A DNA stretch of 64,000 nucleotides from a virus. The stretch covers positions 32,001 through 96,000 of IMG/VR virus record IMGVR_UViG_3300028388_003908. One strand, 5' to 3'. Position numbers and translations under genes: made by a program. A model generated the notes under the pieces. It did not search any database and was not told the DNA's origin. It saw only the letters and a program-made list of their open reading frames with translations. Shown here one piece after another: positions 10,278-19,697 of the stretch (positions are counted from its first letter, which is position 1; the number at the start of each line of letters is the position of its first letter).

Positions 10278-13200
10278 TATCTGCTCTCCTCATAGGTGAA
10301 GCTGATCTCTCCTGTCGTGAAGTAGGAGAGCTTATTGATCGAGATGTTTGACACATATCCAGCGGGCGCGCCTGTGCGGTAATTGACCTTGCAGACGTGA
10401 TTTGTCGGGTGATCTCCGACAGGCAAAGCGAGCAGGATTTTGTGAGATGTGTCAGCGATCTCAACATACGAACCGTCAACGTAAGCGCTCAGATTCTGCG
10501 CCCCGATAAACGAGATGGATGCTTTCTTCCAATTAGCGTTGAAAGGTCTCAGAGTGCTTGAGATCACGTCTAAGGTCTCACCGTCTAGCGTAGCGGTTGC
10601 ACCGACACCACCACCATCTACAACCCTATGCTTGAGCGTGTTTACAGAGCACCACACCAAGACCTTATCGTTGGAAAGCTCAGAGATCTGGACAAATCCA
10701 CCGATCTCATTTGAGGACACATCTTCCCTCAAAATGAGGGTGTTTCTAGCTAACGCCATCTCCGTCAACGGCACGTCAACGTAAGCGACACCTTCTATAT
10801 TATCAAGCGTTCTCAAAACGTCTGAAACGTAGAGGTCTCCTCCGATGGAGTATGAGTTGAGAAGATTAGAGATCTCACCCTTGACTAAGGTGTCTACGGT
10901 AGATGAATTCGCGCCTCTTCTGAGCGCGATGACGCCCTTCACATTAACGGGTGCGGATGTGATCTGCTTAGTGATCACATCCGCGGTTAAATGCTTTGTT
11001 GTGTCTAGTCTGCTCTGTACCTCAGAGACAATCTGATTGGTGGTGTAGGTGATGGTGACGTTCTCACGGTGACGATAAGAGATCAGGATTGTTTGTCCAT
11101 CTGCAATCGCGCTAGACGTGCTACGCTTGAGGTATGTCTCCCCTAGATCCCCTCTCTCTAGCGTGTAATCGGGCGCGCTTGAGTAAGGGTTCTCATAGGT
11201 GATCAGCTTATCTTGGTCCGTCACAACCACGGAGAGCAGATCAACGCCTAGATTGTTTAACTGCTCAGGGTAAGAGCCTAGGACAACGTGAGATTCGTCC
11301 GTCACGGATAGGATTTGACCTCTACCTTCAGAGGGTAGAATGACGTGATCACTAGCTTGAGTAGATCCGCCGAGATAGATAGGGTCCTCGTCTGAGATGA
11401 AATCATAATTCGTAATCGTACCGCTCTCGCTTGAGACAACAGACAAGACAGATAAGACCGGCTGTCTTCTCAGCGTGATTTTATCTGAGATAGCGTCTCT
11501 CCAATCGCCTAGGATAATGTCGGTAATACGGTACGAGGTCGTCTGTATGTCAGCGTCTAATACGAGAACTCTGCCGTCTTCCTCTAGCGTGTAACCTGTA
11601 AGATCAAAGCTCTCTCCTGTGGTCTGATTTCTCAACCCGAGATTAAGATCTGATCTGTCAATCATTTCAAAGATGAGATTACCACTCTCTAGTACAAAAC
11701 GATAAACGCCCTCACCTGAGATCGGTAGGAATCTATCCGAGAATCTCTCTTGATAAGAGGGAGCGTACACGTCTGTAACCACAGCCGTTGAGAGTCCTTT
11801 GACCCATACGTCAACCTTACCGCCTAGTCCGAGATCGCGCTCCATGTACTCGTCACCTGCGCCCACCGCAAAGCTATCGAGCACCCCTGCGGATTCTCTT
11901 GAGATGCGCTCGTATCCGGATCTAGTGCCTGTGTCAACAGACGTGAACGCGCTCACAGCCCTTGACGCTAGGTCGATATTTGATTCTGCGCTCTGACCCC
12001 CGAACAACGGGGATTCATTCACGACCTTTAAGCCTCTTGGCGCCCCCGCTAGAATCTGTCCGCTCGTAAGATTACCTGAGACACCAACCTCCTCTGCGAC
12101 AACGGGACAGGCGACTGACCATCTCTTCTTAACGGGGTTGTAGTAAGACGCTAGATTCTCAAATAAGATCTCTACCTCTTCTGTGGTCTTGAAGCTCAAA
12201 CCCGCACCTGTGAGCACCGTACCTCTCGGAACGGAGAGCGTTCTTGTGGGCGTAGTGGTCGTATAGAAGACGACCTCTCCTCTAGCTGGCACACCGCTAG
12301 AGCGATAGATACCCATATTAGACGCGAGACGATCAAAGCACTGATTTATGGTCGCTTGAATATCCGAATCCGAGACAAGATAGAGAGCTTGTCCGAGCGC
12401 TCTCTTGTAAGAGGACTGAACGACAGGCACCGATGAGCCTGTAGCGAATGGGTCATCAATCTGCAAGAGACCTTGAAACGTAGCGCTACGGTAGCAGAAA
12501 TCGAGCATAAAGCGGGCGCGCTCAAGCTCTGTCACGAAGGGGTCTATGATCACATCCCTAAAGACGGAGCCTGCGTGTACGGAGACCTCAGGCTGATAAG
12601 TCAAGACGTGACGTATCATGCTCTCAGTCATCTCTCTACGTCCAACAACGGGCAGAGATAGATTTGTGCTAAACACATCAGAAGGCTTGCCGGCGACCTC
12701 GTAAGAATAGGAGGATTCAATCTCCTCACCATCTGCTCCGAGCGAGATCGCCTTGATGACATAATAGAGAGGTAGAGATGGATCTAAGGTTCTGAATTCT
12801 CCGATTCTAACCGTAGGAGGTGTCGAGTTCTCCTGCGCTAGTCTATCGTGTCTAAAAGAGACCGTGCGCTTAATCTCAACAGAGGAGACCGTGCTGTTTA
12901 TCCTAAGACGTGTGGTAGCTTCAGGTATCTCAAGGGTGTCCGACAAGACCGTACTGAGTTCAGCACTCGTTGAGGATTGAGTGAGCGTAAGATTCGCATA
13001 AAGAGGGTCTGCGCTCTCGGTCGTTGTGTTGATCTCTAGAGAGCCTAGATCGGATAACGACTCTTCCGAGCTCCCGTAGGACAAGGGGTCGATAGGTAGA
13101 TAGTTAATCCTACGATAACCGAACGTACCTCCACCGCTCACTGAGGATGCGTAGATGTGATAATAACTAGCCTCGCCATTGTCCGTAAAAGAGATCTGAA

Positions 13201-13546
13201 CAGAGCGCGCCTCTCTCTTAACTCTAATCTCTGTAGGTGGATTGGGCGCTAAGGAATCGCTCTCCGATGAGAGCAGGATATTGACCGTCTTTTGGGTGGT
13301 GTCGGTGATGAAGGTGAACGTGTTGAGTCCTACGCTCAGATCAAAGCCATCGGGCTCTTGTGTCGGGTTCGGAAACGAGAAGCTACCGTCATCAAGCAAG
13401 GTTACCGAGTACACAACCCCCTCGTATCTGACGGATAAGGAGGCTTCATCGGTCATGCCATAGATGAACACGCTCAGTAAGGAGGTTGAATACTGATCAC
13501 CGTTAGACGCTTCTGTGCCGTCAGGTTTGTAAATGCTAATGCTCAT
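10277..13546 (-). CDS. Baseplate J-like wedge protein
   Basis: Motifs GSVFRDVIIDP, FDRLASNMGIYR…ARGEVVF…VPRGT, GVSGN, VVN…GG..AES, and IGGDLYVSDVL. Confidence 0.85.
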   Translation of the reverse strand: MSISIYKPDGTEASNGDQYSTSLLSVFIYGMTDEASLSVRYEGVVYSVTLLDDGSFSFPNPTQEPDGFDLSVGLNTFTFITDTTQKTVNILLSSESDSLAPNPPTEIRVKREARSVQISFTDNGEASYYHIYASSVSGGGTFGYRRINYLPIDPLSYGSSEESLSDLGSLEINTTTESADPLYANLTLTQSSTSAELSTVLSDTLEIPEATTRLRINSTVSSVEIKRTVSFRHDRLAQENSTPPTVRIGEFRTLDPSLPLYYVIKAISLGADGEEIESSYSYEVAGKPSDVFSTNLSLPVVGRREMTESMIRHVLTYQPEVSVHAGSVFRDVIIDPFVTELERARFMLDFCYRSATFQGLLQIDDPFATGSSVPVVQSSYKRALGQALYLVSDSDIQATINQCFDRLASNMGIYRSSGVPARGEVVFYTTTTPTRTLSVPRGTVLTGAGLSFKTTEEVEILFENLASYYNPVKKRWSVACPVVAEEVGVSGNLTSGQILAGAPRGLKVVNESPLFGGQSAESNIDLASRAVSAFTSVDTGTRSGYERISRESAGVLDSFAVGAGDEYMERDLGLGGKVDVWVKGLSTAVVTDVYAPSYQERFSDRFLPISGEGVYRFVLESGNLIFEMIDRSDLNLGLRNQTTGESFDLTGYTLEEDGRVLVLDADIQTTSYRITDIILGDWRDAISDKITLRRQPVLSVLSVVSSESGTITNYDFISDEDPIYLGGSTQASDHVILPSEGRGQILSVTDESHVVLGSYPEQLNNLGVDLLSVVVTDQDKLITYENPYSSAPDYTLERGDLGETYLKRSTSSAIADGQTILISYRHRENVTITYTTNQIVSEVQSRLDTTKHLTADVITKQITSAPVNVKGVIALRRGANSSTVDTLVKGEISNLLNSYSIGGDLYVSDVLRTLDNIEGVAYVDVPLTEMALARNTLILREDVSSNEIGGFVQISELSNDKVLVWCSVNTLKHRVVDGGGVGATATLDGETLDVISSTLRPFNANWKKASISFIGAQNLSAYVDGSYVEIADTSHKILLALPVGDHPTNHVCKVNYRTGAPAGYVSNISINKLSYFTTGEISFTYEESR

Positions 13547-14565
13547 GTCAGGTTACCTTCTAATGGGATGCTTCCGGGTACGGCAAAGATGAGATTGACG
13601 CTAACCCTCTCAAGGGATGCGCTTCTGACTGATATTGTGCAGAGCAGAGAGGTACCGTTCTCGTCTGTCTCTGTGATCTCTATGGATTCTACTTGGGAGA
13701 TGCGCTCTTTAGAGCTCACGTCCTGTAAGAGCGCTTGACTGCTCTGTACGTCAATCATCTTGTCGAGACATTCCCTTACGTATTGTCTCAGTAGTTGCTT
13801 ATTTGCAGAATTGCTTTTAGCCCCGACAAGATTCAGCGCGTTCGACCCGTACCAATCGTAGAAAGGATTAGATCCTCGCTCCGTGAGCACCGCTTTAGCG
13901 ATCATCTGATAGAGCAAATCATGATCTCTAATGGTCGTGATCGCACCATCTGAAGATATTTCTAGGTCATTCTCAATGCCCGTAGAACCGCATCTCCTAC
14001 AATAGCGCTTATCCGTGAGATAAGACACCTCTAGCAATCCTTCGGGATCGAGCGTCTGCTTGAACTTAACGATATTCCGATCTACGTCTTTAACAAGAGA
14101 CCAACCGGGCGCGATCCTTCTTTGCACGGAGGATGCTTGGTTTTCGGGGAAGCCCAAGGACGCAGACATAGCCTCACCCCCAATACTAAAAGCCTCTGAA
14201 TCGCTGTAAAAAGAGAGCGTACCGCTAAGATCTTCTGTGATGACCGAGACGATCTGTACTCTAGTCCTCAGATAATCGGAAAGCTCTTTGGCGCTGTACG
14301 TCTTAGAGGGCGGTATGCTGATCTCTAGTCCGTTGACGCTTAGAGTGTTTTTGCCCGTCTTAAATCGGTAAGGACCCCTCTTGAAAGCTGTTATTCTGTG
14401 GGAGGATCTCAGTCCCTCCATAGGTAAATCTACCCCATCTCTTCTCACGGTCATTTGACCTGAAGGAGGGGATAAGGGATAGATGTATCTACCTTGCGTG
14501 AGCGTAGCTCGCTCCCCTCTTATATAATGGGAGCAGGCGTGTGCAATCTTCGCGTCTTTACTCAT
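13543..14565 (-). CDS. Baseplate wedge/sheath initiator (gp25-like C-terminal domain) with a CxxC motif
   Basis: LYQMIAKAVLTERGSNPFYDWYGS is a gp25/GPW-like motif, preceded by CRRCGSTG. First gene of the baseplate operon. Confidence 0.75.
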   Translation of the reverse strand: MSKDAKIAHACSHYIRGERATLTQGRYIYPLSPPSGQMTVRRDGVDLPMEGLRSSHRITAFKRGPYRFKTGKNTLSVNGLEISIPPSKTYSAKELSDYLRTRVQIVSVITEDLSGTLSFYSDSEAFSIGGEAMSASLGFPENQASSVQRRIAPGWSLVKDVDRNIVKFKQTLDPEGLLEVSYLTDKRYCRRCGSTGIENDLEISSDGAITTIRDHDLLYQMIAKAVLTERGSNPFYDWYGSNALNLVGAKSNSANKQLLRQYVRECLDKMIDVQSSQALLQDVSSKERISQVESIEITETDENGTSLLCTISVRSASLERVSVNLIFAVPGSIPLEGNLT

Positions 14566-14566
14566 A

Positions 14567-14610
14567 TTATCTCGCTCCTTGTTTAGAGAAGGAGCGAGAT
14601 AAAGGACTTA
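14567..14610 (-). promoter_or_regulatory. Putative late promoter TAAGTCCTTTAT (14599-14610) overlapping a 14-bp hairpin that buries the SD of the baseplate operon
   Basis: Perfect inverted repeat 14567-14580/14589-14602. The AAGGAG SD lies in the 3' arm. Confidence 0.7.
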
Positions 14611-15849
14611 GCGGTCCCAGTTAACGGAGCGAGGCACCTCTAGCTTCTGACGTAGCTTCTCAAGCTCAACCTTGTCGGAGAGCTTGCTGAGATTGTCGAT
14701 ACAATCACCAACAAGACCAGTCTCTACGCCAGCGGTCATCTTCACAAGAACCTTCAAGAGTTCTGCATAGGCAGTCTCAATATATCTCTCCATGAGATTG
14801 GCTAAGCTCTCTGTGGCGATGCTGTTAAAGGCCTTCGCGGTCCCGTCAGGATCTTGTGATCTCACCCTAGACTCATTGAGCATCTTACGAACAACTTCGC
14901 CCGTCACTACTTCGTCAGGTCCGCTCATATCCCTCTTCATATACTCAATCGTCTTCTTGATTGATTCATAACGAGAGCTACCTTTAAGGAACTTCTTGGT
15001 GTAAGGAATGACCAGAGCGAGAGCTAGTAGATCATTACGGGTGCCGATTGAGTACTTAGAGGTGGTGGCGAACACTGAACAAGATCTGGCAGCCGAGACA
15101 AAAGAGCGCGCCCCATCTGCCCCGCGAATACGGAGGGCGCTCTGAGAATGCTTAACGATCTCTCGGGTCGCCTCAGGTGAATCAATGAGAGTTAGGATAG
15201 CTTCTCTCATCTTCTCAGATGGACGCGCTGAAAGGATCGTGTCCCCATCAAAAGCCTCTATCTCCTCAGGAGCTTGCATATCAAGTCCCATGTCTCTCTC
15301 AAGACGATAGCGATTTTTCTGAACACGGATAGCGTCAATCATATCGTTTCTCATGGTGGCTGCCACGAGATTGGCTGCGTCTGTCTTAGCCTTCTCTAGG
15401 GTAGTGATACCTCTCTCCCAAGAAGCGCTGTAGATGACCATATCGAGAACCATCTTAGTGTAAGACTCTTCAAGAGCATCTACACCAAAAGAGTTCACAT
15501 AAGAGTTATAACTCTTCTCTAGAGAAGTCTCTACCGCCTTCTCAATCTGCTTGAGATTGGCGGCAGCCTGCATACGGTTCAGATTCATAGAACCCATCAG
15601 CGTTTGAACCGCGTATCTCTCAGGATTTTTACGAACATCCTCCTTTGAGTATTCCCCGCCAGAACCCGCTACAAATTGTTGTGCAAGCATAGGTCCGATA
15701 GCCTTGAGCGACTGCGCGTCAACGGCCATCTTAACGAGAGCGTAGGCAGCCTTTATTCTCTCTGTTCGGGTACCGAAAGAAGCGAATCTTGAGTCGTTCT
15801 TTAGTAGCGCAACAGCCACTCTATAGTGCTTTAGAAATCTCTTACTCAT
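14608..15849 (-). CDS. Hypothetical protein with a basic R/K-x-A leader and a weak sigma-70 region 2-like segment
   Basis: 413 aa ORF with GGAG SD. LVAATMRNDMIDAIRVQKNR resembles ECF sigma region 2.3-2.4 (weak). Confidence 0.5.
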   Translation of the reverse strand: MSKRFLKHYRVAVALLKNDSRFASFGTRTERIKAAYALVKMAVDAQSLKAIGPMLAQQFVAGSGGEYSKEDVRKNPERYAVQTLMGSMNLNRMQAAANLKQIEKAVETSLEKSYNSYVNSFGVDALEESYTKMVLDMVIYSASWERGITTLEKAKTDAANLVAATMRNDMIDAIRVQKNRYRLERDMGLDMQAPEEIEAFDGDTILSARPSEKMREAILTLIDSPEATREIVKHSQSALRIRGADGARSFVSAARSCSVFATTSKYSIGTRNDLLALALVIPYTKKFLKGSSRYESIKKTIEYMKRDMSGPDEVVTGEVVRKMLNESRVRSQDPDGTAKAFNSIATESLANLMERYIETAYAELLKVLVKMTAGVETGLVGDCIDNLSKLSDKVELEKLRQKLEVPRSVNWDR

Positions 15850-15896
15850 AACGTGTTATCTCCACAGAGGTTGTATGTGTCTACATCAACTCGCAC

Positions 15897-15908
15897 ATAA
15901 AACGATTA
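15897..15908 (-). promoter_or_regulatory. Putative late promoter TAATCGTTTTAT
   Basis: Perfect TAA-N4-TTTAT, about 50 nt upstream of ATG 15849. Confidence 0.6.
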
Positions 15909-15925
15909 TCGAGACGAGAAAGCCC

Positions 15926-15955
15926 TTGACAAGGATCACAAGGTGATGACAATAT
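15926..15955 (+). promoter_or_regulatory. Possible sigma70-type early promoter
   Basis: Perfect TTGACA at 15926-15931, with an imperfect -10 (GACAAT at 16 nt or CAATAT at 18 nt). Upstream of the sigma-like gene at 16057. Confidence 0.4.
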
Positions 15956-16056
15956 ATCCCTGTCAGTAGACGTGATCGCGTCTAGACTAGCAAAGATATG
16001 ACATAGAAGCTCTGCTTCACGTCAACTCAACATATAAACCCTCACAGAGGTGTACC

Positions 16057-16794
16057 ATGACAGACAAAATGCCCCGCAACGCTCATCTTTGGTCAAAGCA
16101 ACTCGCTGATCTTCTCATCAAGGATGAGATGGATGACAATCTCACTCGCTCTTATCTGTTCTCTGTTAAAGACAACACATGGGAGAAGACGTTAAACGCG
16201 CTCAAGCGCTACGGTTGCTCTAAGGGCAATCAAGAAGATGAGATGCACGATTTCGCCACCGAATTCATGCTTGATCTTATCGACAAAGACACCCTGCGCT
16301 CTTATCTTGTCGAGGGCAAAGAGGTCAAAATGAGCGTACTCACCGCTTGGTTCGGTCAATTTATGATCCGTAAATGGCAGTATCTTGGCAAGGACGCTTC
16401 ATGTCGCGCTCTCATGGGCGCTCAATCTCAAGCTGAGCGTAAGAATAAGAAGCTCTATACGCTCACATCCGATCAGGTCGCTGAAATCTCTCTCTCAGGC
16501 GGTGACGAGAGCAAGCGCAACATGAACGTGGATTATTTCCGCCGTGACGAGATGACGATTGAGGACGTGTTGCATCAAGAGACCGTGCGCGATTGTATCC
16601 GTAAGCAGATCAACGACCGATTTGGCGAAAGAGCCGATTTCTATCAATCGCTCTACGAGACAGAGATTGATGGGGCGTTCAAGACCCGTACTGAATGGGC
16701 GCGTACTTGGAAGATTCCTTACCGTGATCTTAACAAGGCGCTTGACGAACTTCACAGCGCTGTCCGTGAGCTAGGGGAAGACGCTATCCTTTAA
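16057..16794 (+). CDS. Sigma-70/ECF-like transcription factor
   Basis: Region 2-like QEDEMHDFATEFMLDLI and a C-terminal HTH-like TRTEWARTWKIPYRDLNKALDEL. Confidence 0.55.
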   Translation: MTDKMPRNAHLWSKQLADLLIKDEMDDNLTRSYLFSVKDNTWEKTLNALKRYGCSKGNQEDEMHDFATEFMLDLIDKDTLRSYLVEGKEVKMSVLTAWFGQFMIRKWQYLGKDASCRALMGAQSQAERKNKKLYTLTSDQVAEISLSGGDESKRNMNVDYFRRDEMTIEDVLHQETVRDCIRKQINDRFGERADFYQSLYETEIDGAFKTRTEWARTWKIPYRDLNKALDELHSAVRELGEDAIL

Positions 16795-17068
16795 GATAAC
16801 GACTCGCTACCCTGCGAGCGCTACGGGAAGGGAAATACTCGCTCTTATCCTTCTTACAATGGGGCGAGTTGGGCTCCTTATATTTGCAGTAGATTGACCA
16901 AGCTACGGGGAAAGCGTACTCAGGACCTTCCCCTCTCTCTTCCTCGATCTGCTCTGCCTTCTCTTGAACATACTTGGGAATGTTCCTCTCAGGCTTGTCG
17001 TCATCTGCGTGTCTTGTGGGCAAGGCGTGGGTCGAATAGCCTCCGTAAATGCTGTCATATCCACTCAT
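16784..17068 (-). CDS. Small ChaB-like protein with C-terminal RRVASRYL tag
   Basis: EYAFPVAWSIY resembles the ChaB A..VAW.A motif. Likely start is ATG 17068 behind a GAGGA SD (the ORF track start is 17089). Confidence 0.55.
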   Translation of the reverse strand: MSGYDSIYGGYSTHALPTRHADDDKPERNIPKYVQEKAEQIEEERGEGPEYAFPVAWSIYCKYKEPNSPHCKKDKSEYFPSRSARRVASRYLKG

Positions 17069-17081
17069 GTCGTATCCTCTC

Positions 17082-17121
17082 GATAACACGTTTATATCAT
17101 CGCTTACATAAACGTGTTATC
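17082..17121. promoter_or_regulatory. Two identical face-to-face putative late promoters (GATAACACGTTTAT) forming a 14-bp inverted repeat
   Basis: 17082-17095 on plus points to the tail tube gene. 17108-17121 on minus points to the ChaB-like gene. Confidence 0.7.
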
Positions 17122-17135
17122 AAGGAGATCAGATT

Positions 17136-17930
17136 ATGGCTAATACAGATACCTATGGCTCAGGTTCCGCCCAAGGGTCGAGCGCTCTTTATAAGTACAA
17201 CACCAGCCCGAACACTAGGGCTGCCATCTCTCAGAAGGTGAGAATCCTATCGCCTGTTTATCAGAGAAATTCCAGCAGTAATGCCCTGAGATACCAACTC
17301 GGTGTGGTGTCGAGCTTTACGTTTGAGTATTCAAGAGACGCAGAGGCGATTCGTGGGGTGGGCTTCGGAGATCAGATCGCAGAGCGCGTCCCTGGTGTCA
17401 CACAGCCTGTTGACGTGGCGATGGAGCGCACCCTGCTCTATCTCTCAAACGCTCACCAAGCGTTTGGTTATGCTGGCGGGGTCGATGGTCCTGTGAGAAG
17501 CCTAGCGCATCACAGATGGCCCTTTGACATGGAGCAACAGCTTGTCTTCTCTCAGATCGCTGACGAGGAGGCTAATATCGGTACGCGCACTTTCAGCGCC
17601 GGTACAGCCGATGTTGATTTCTCTGGTCAGAACGCTCAAGGTGCTGATCTGCGTTATGCAGGGAAGGAGACGCACAAGGCGATCATTACGTTCTTTGAGG
17701 CTTGCTGGATGACTTCTGTGACAGGCGCTAACGTGACCGCAGATGCTTCTCTTATGAACGAGTCAATCACGGCCGCGGTGACCGATATCCATGATCTCTA
17801 CTCGACCTACGGAGAGTTCATGCCTACAGGTAACGATCCTACGCTTGGTCAGTTGGGCTCTATCCGCTATAGCAACCTCAGCACCGCGACCGGGTCAACG
17901 ACCGCGACCGCAAATAGCGGTAACGGGTAA
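17136..17930 (+). CDS. Tail tube protein
   Basis: LGVVSSF…IRGVGFGDQIAERVPG…ERTLLY…PFDMEQ…FFEACWMTS pattern of contractile-tail tube proteins. Precedes the chaperones and tape measure. Confidence 0.8.
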   Translation: MANTDTYGSGSAQGSSALYKYNTSPNTRAAISQKVRILSPVYQRNSSSNALRYQLGVVSSFTFEYSRDAEAIRGVGFGDQIAERVPGVTQPVDVAMERTLLYLSNAHQAFGYAGGVDGPVRSLAHHRWPFDMEQQLVFSQIADEEANIGTRTFSAGTADVDFSGQNAQGADLRYAGKETHKAIITFFEACWMTSVTGANVTADASLMNESITAAVTDIHDLYSTYGEFMPTGNDPTLGQLGSIRYSNLSTATGSTTATANSGNG

Positions 17931-17995
17931 TTGACGCTTGATCTGAGCGTATAATATAGGGCAGCCGTGTTCCCTTAAACTACACAGGAGATTAT

Positions 17996-18601
17996 ATGAA
18001 ACTATCTGATCTAAAGAGCGCCTTCCAACCTCTGTTGGAACTTTCCCATCGGGAAAAAACCATTGATGTTGCAGGGCTATCCTTGACGCTTAGAACCATC
18101 TCCCCCAAAGAAGAGGCTGAGATACAGAACAATCTACCTGTGATCAGCGAAGGGGAAGATGGTACGTCTGCGATGGAGTTCGTGGACGTGTTTCGTAAGG
18201 AAACGCTATCGCGCTCTATAGTTCAAGTAGGCGATCTCGATCTAAGAGGTGTTTCTTATGTCGAGACAGGCGAGGTGAATGATAAAGGGGTCGCGCTCAA
18301 GGTTCGTAAAGAGGAGGCTGTTCTCCAATTTATGGATGATTGGTCGAGAGCGATACTCACCTCAGTGTTTGAGAGCTTTACAGAGCTTGTAGAGGACCTT
18401 GAAGAGGACTTAGCTAAGAAGCTACTTATAGAGCCTAAAGATAAGGATGCCGAAAAAGAGGTCTTGAGAGAGCGACTTAATGATCTAGAGAGACAAGAGG
18501 CGATGACCGCTGTTTCAGATAGATCAAATGAGGTCCTTAAGGAAGTCTCCAACATTAATGGCGGGCTCTTTGAAGAGGCGCTGAGAGATGGGAAGTCCTG
18601 A
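17996..18601 (+). CDS. Tail assembly chaperone
   Basis: Lies between tube and tape measure genes. LRTISPKEE…ETLSRSIVQV pattern. Confidence 0.65.
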   Translation: MKLSDLKSAFQPLLELSHREKTIDVAGLSLTLRTISPKEEAEIQNNLPVISEGEDGTSAMEFVDVFRKETLSRSIVQVGDLDLRGVSYVETGEVNDKGVALKVRKEEAVLQFMDDWSRAILTSVFESFTELVEDLEEDLAKKLLIEPKDKDAEKEVLRERLNDLERQEAMTAVSDRSNEVLKEVSNINGGLFEEALRDGKS

Positions 18602-19685
18602 CATATACGAGGGGATCAGATCACAGATAAGATTGGGCTATATGCCCATGTCCGTTATCTTAGGGGACGTTTATCTAAAGTTCAGAAGCCCCTCGATAGA
18701 GGATTTTGATCTTGTCTCGGAGATCTCGCCTACTCAAGGCTGGAAACAGGATATGGCGCTTTTAAGCATCTGTCTTGTGTCGATTAACGGTAGAGATGTA
18801 GGTAGGGAGGTACACGCCTTTTTAGACGTGTTTTCCGATGTATCCAAGAGCTATAAGCGCAACGTGTTCTCTCATCTACTCAGATTGACGGAGAGAGCGC
18901 GCAAGTCATTTATCTATCTTGAAGCGTATTGCTATGAAGACGAGAGCCGAGCGCTCTGGCGCTCTTGGAAAGCCAATCGTTATGTAGGGCTTAATCCTGT
19001 TAGTCATCAACACACGTTGAGCGCCTTACAAGTGAGTTGGGTTACTTGGAATCTAGCAGAAGACGAGCGCCTAGATTCAAGAGAGGAATGGGATAGGACG
19101 CTCTTTAGCGCCAGCGCGTTTAATAGCTCTGTGCAGAAGGTACGACAGAAATGGGACGCCGGTGATAAGGAGGAAGAAGAAAACCGAAAGCAGGTAATAA
19201 AGGCTGCCCGAGAAGGTGATCTAGAAAAAGTTAAGGAAGGCATCCAAGGTCAACGCAAAAAAAGCGTTAAGGATCTACAAGAGGAGATGCGTCAATGGGT
19301 CTCGGGAGAGGAAGATGAGCACGACCGCATTGTGCGCGAATACAAGGAGACCGTACGTCAAAAAGTAAAAGAGCAAGCCGAGCGCGCTCAGAGAATGAGA
19401 GAAGAGAAGATACAGAGAGAGCGCGATCTGAGAGAACATAACGTGATAGCTCGACCAATACACGCGGTCTCAGATGAGGAACTAAAGAGGATTTTACAAG
19501 GGCAAACAGATAAAACCTCAATAGACACAGGAGAAGTAAGTGAGTACCGCAGAGACGTAATAGAGCGCTTTGTCCTGACCGGAGAAGATCGAGGGAACAT
19601 ATCCGTCTCCGATGACGGTAAGAAACTCGTGCAAAAATCCGAGAGCATGATGGAGAAGATTGCGGGAAGAAAACCATCTCTCTGA
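18588..19685 (+). CDS. Second tail assembly chaperone-like protein
   Basis: Directly before the tape measure gene. Charged coiled-coil C-terminal half. Confidence 0.55.
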   Translation: MGSPDIYEGIRSQIRLGYMPMSVILGDVYLKFRSPSIEDFDLVSEISPTQGWKQDMALLSICLVSINGRDVGREVHAFLDVFSDVSKSYKRNVFSHLLRLTERARKSFIYLEAYCYEDESRALWRSWKANRYVGLNPVSHQHTLSALQVSWVTWNLAEDERLDSREEWDRTLFSASAFNSSVQKVRQKWDAGDKEEEENRKQVIKAAREGDLEKVKEGIQGQRKKSVKDLQEEMRQWVSGEEDEHDRIVREYKETVRQKVKEQAERAQRMREEKIQRERDLREHNVIARPIHAVSDEELKRILQGQTDKTSIDTGEVSEYRRDVIERFVLTGEDRGNISVSDDGKKLVQKSESMMEKIAGRKPSL

Positions 19686-19697
19686 GAGGAGGCGTAA

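Noticed and set aside
18560-18601. Programmed -1 frameshift between the tail chaperone genes
   Set aside because: No XXXYYYZ slippery heptamer near the end of the first gene, and the second gene has its own ATG.
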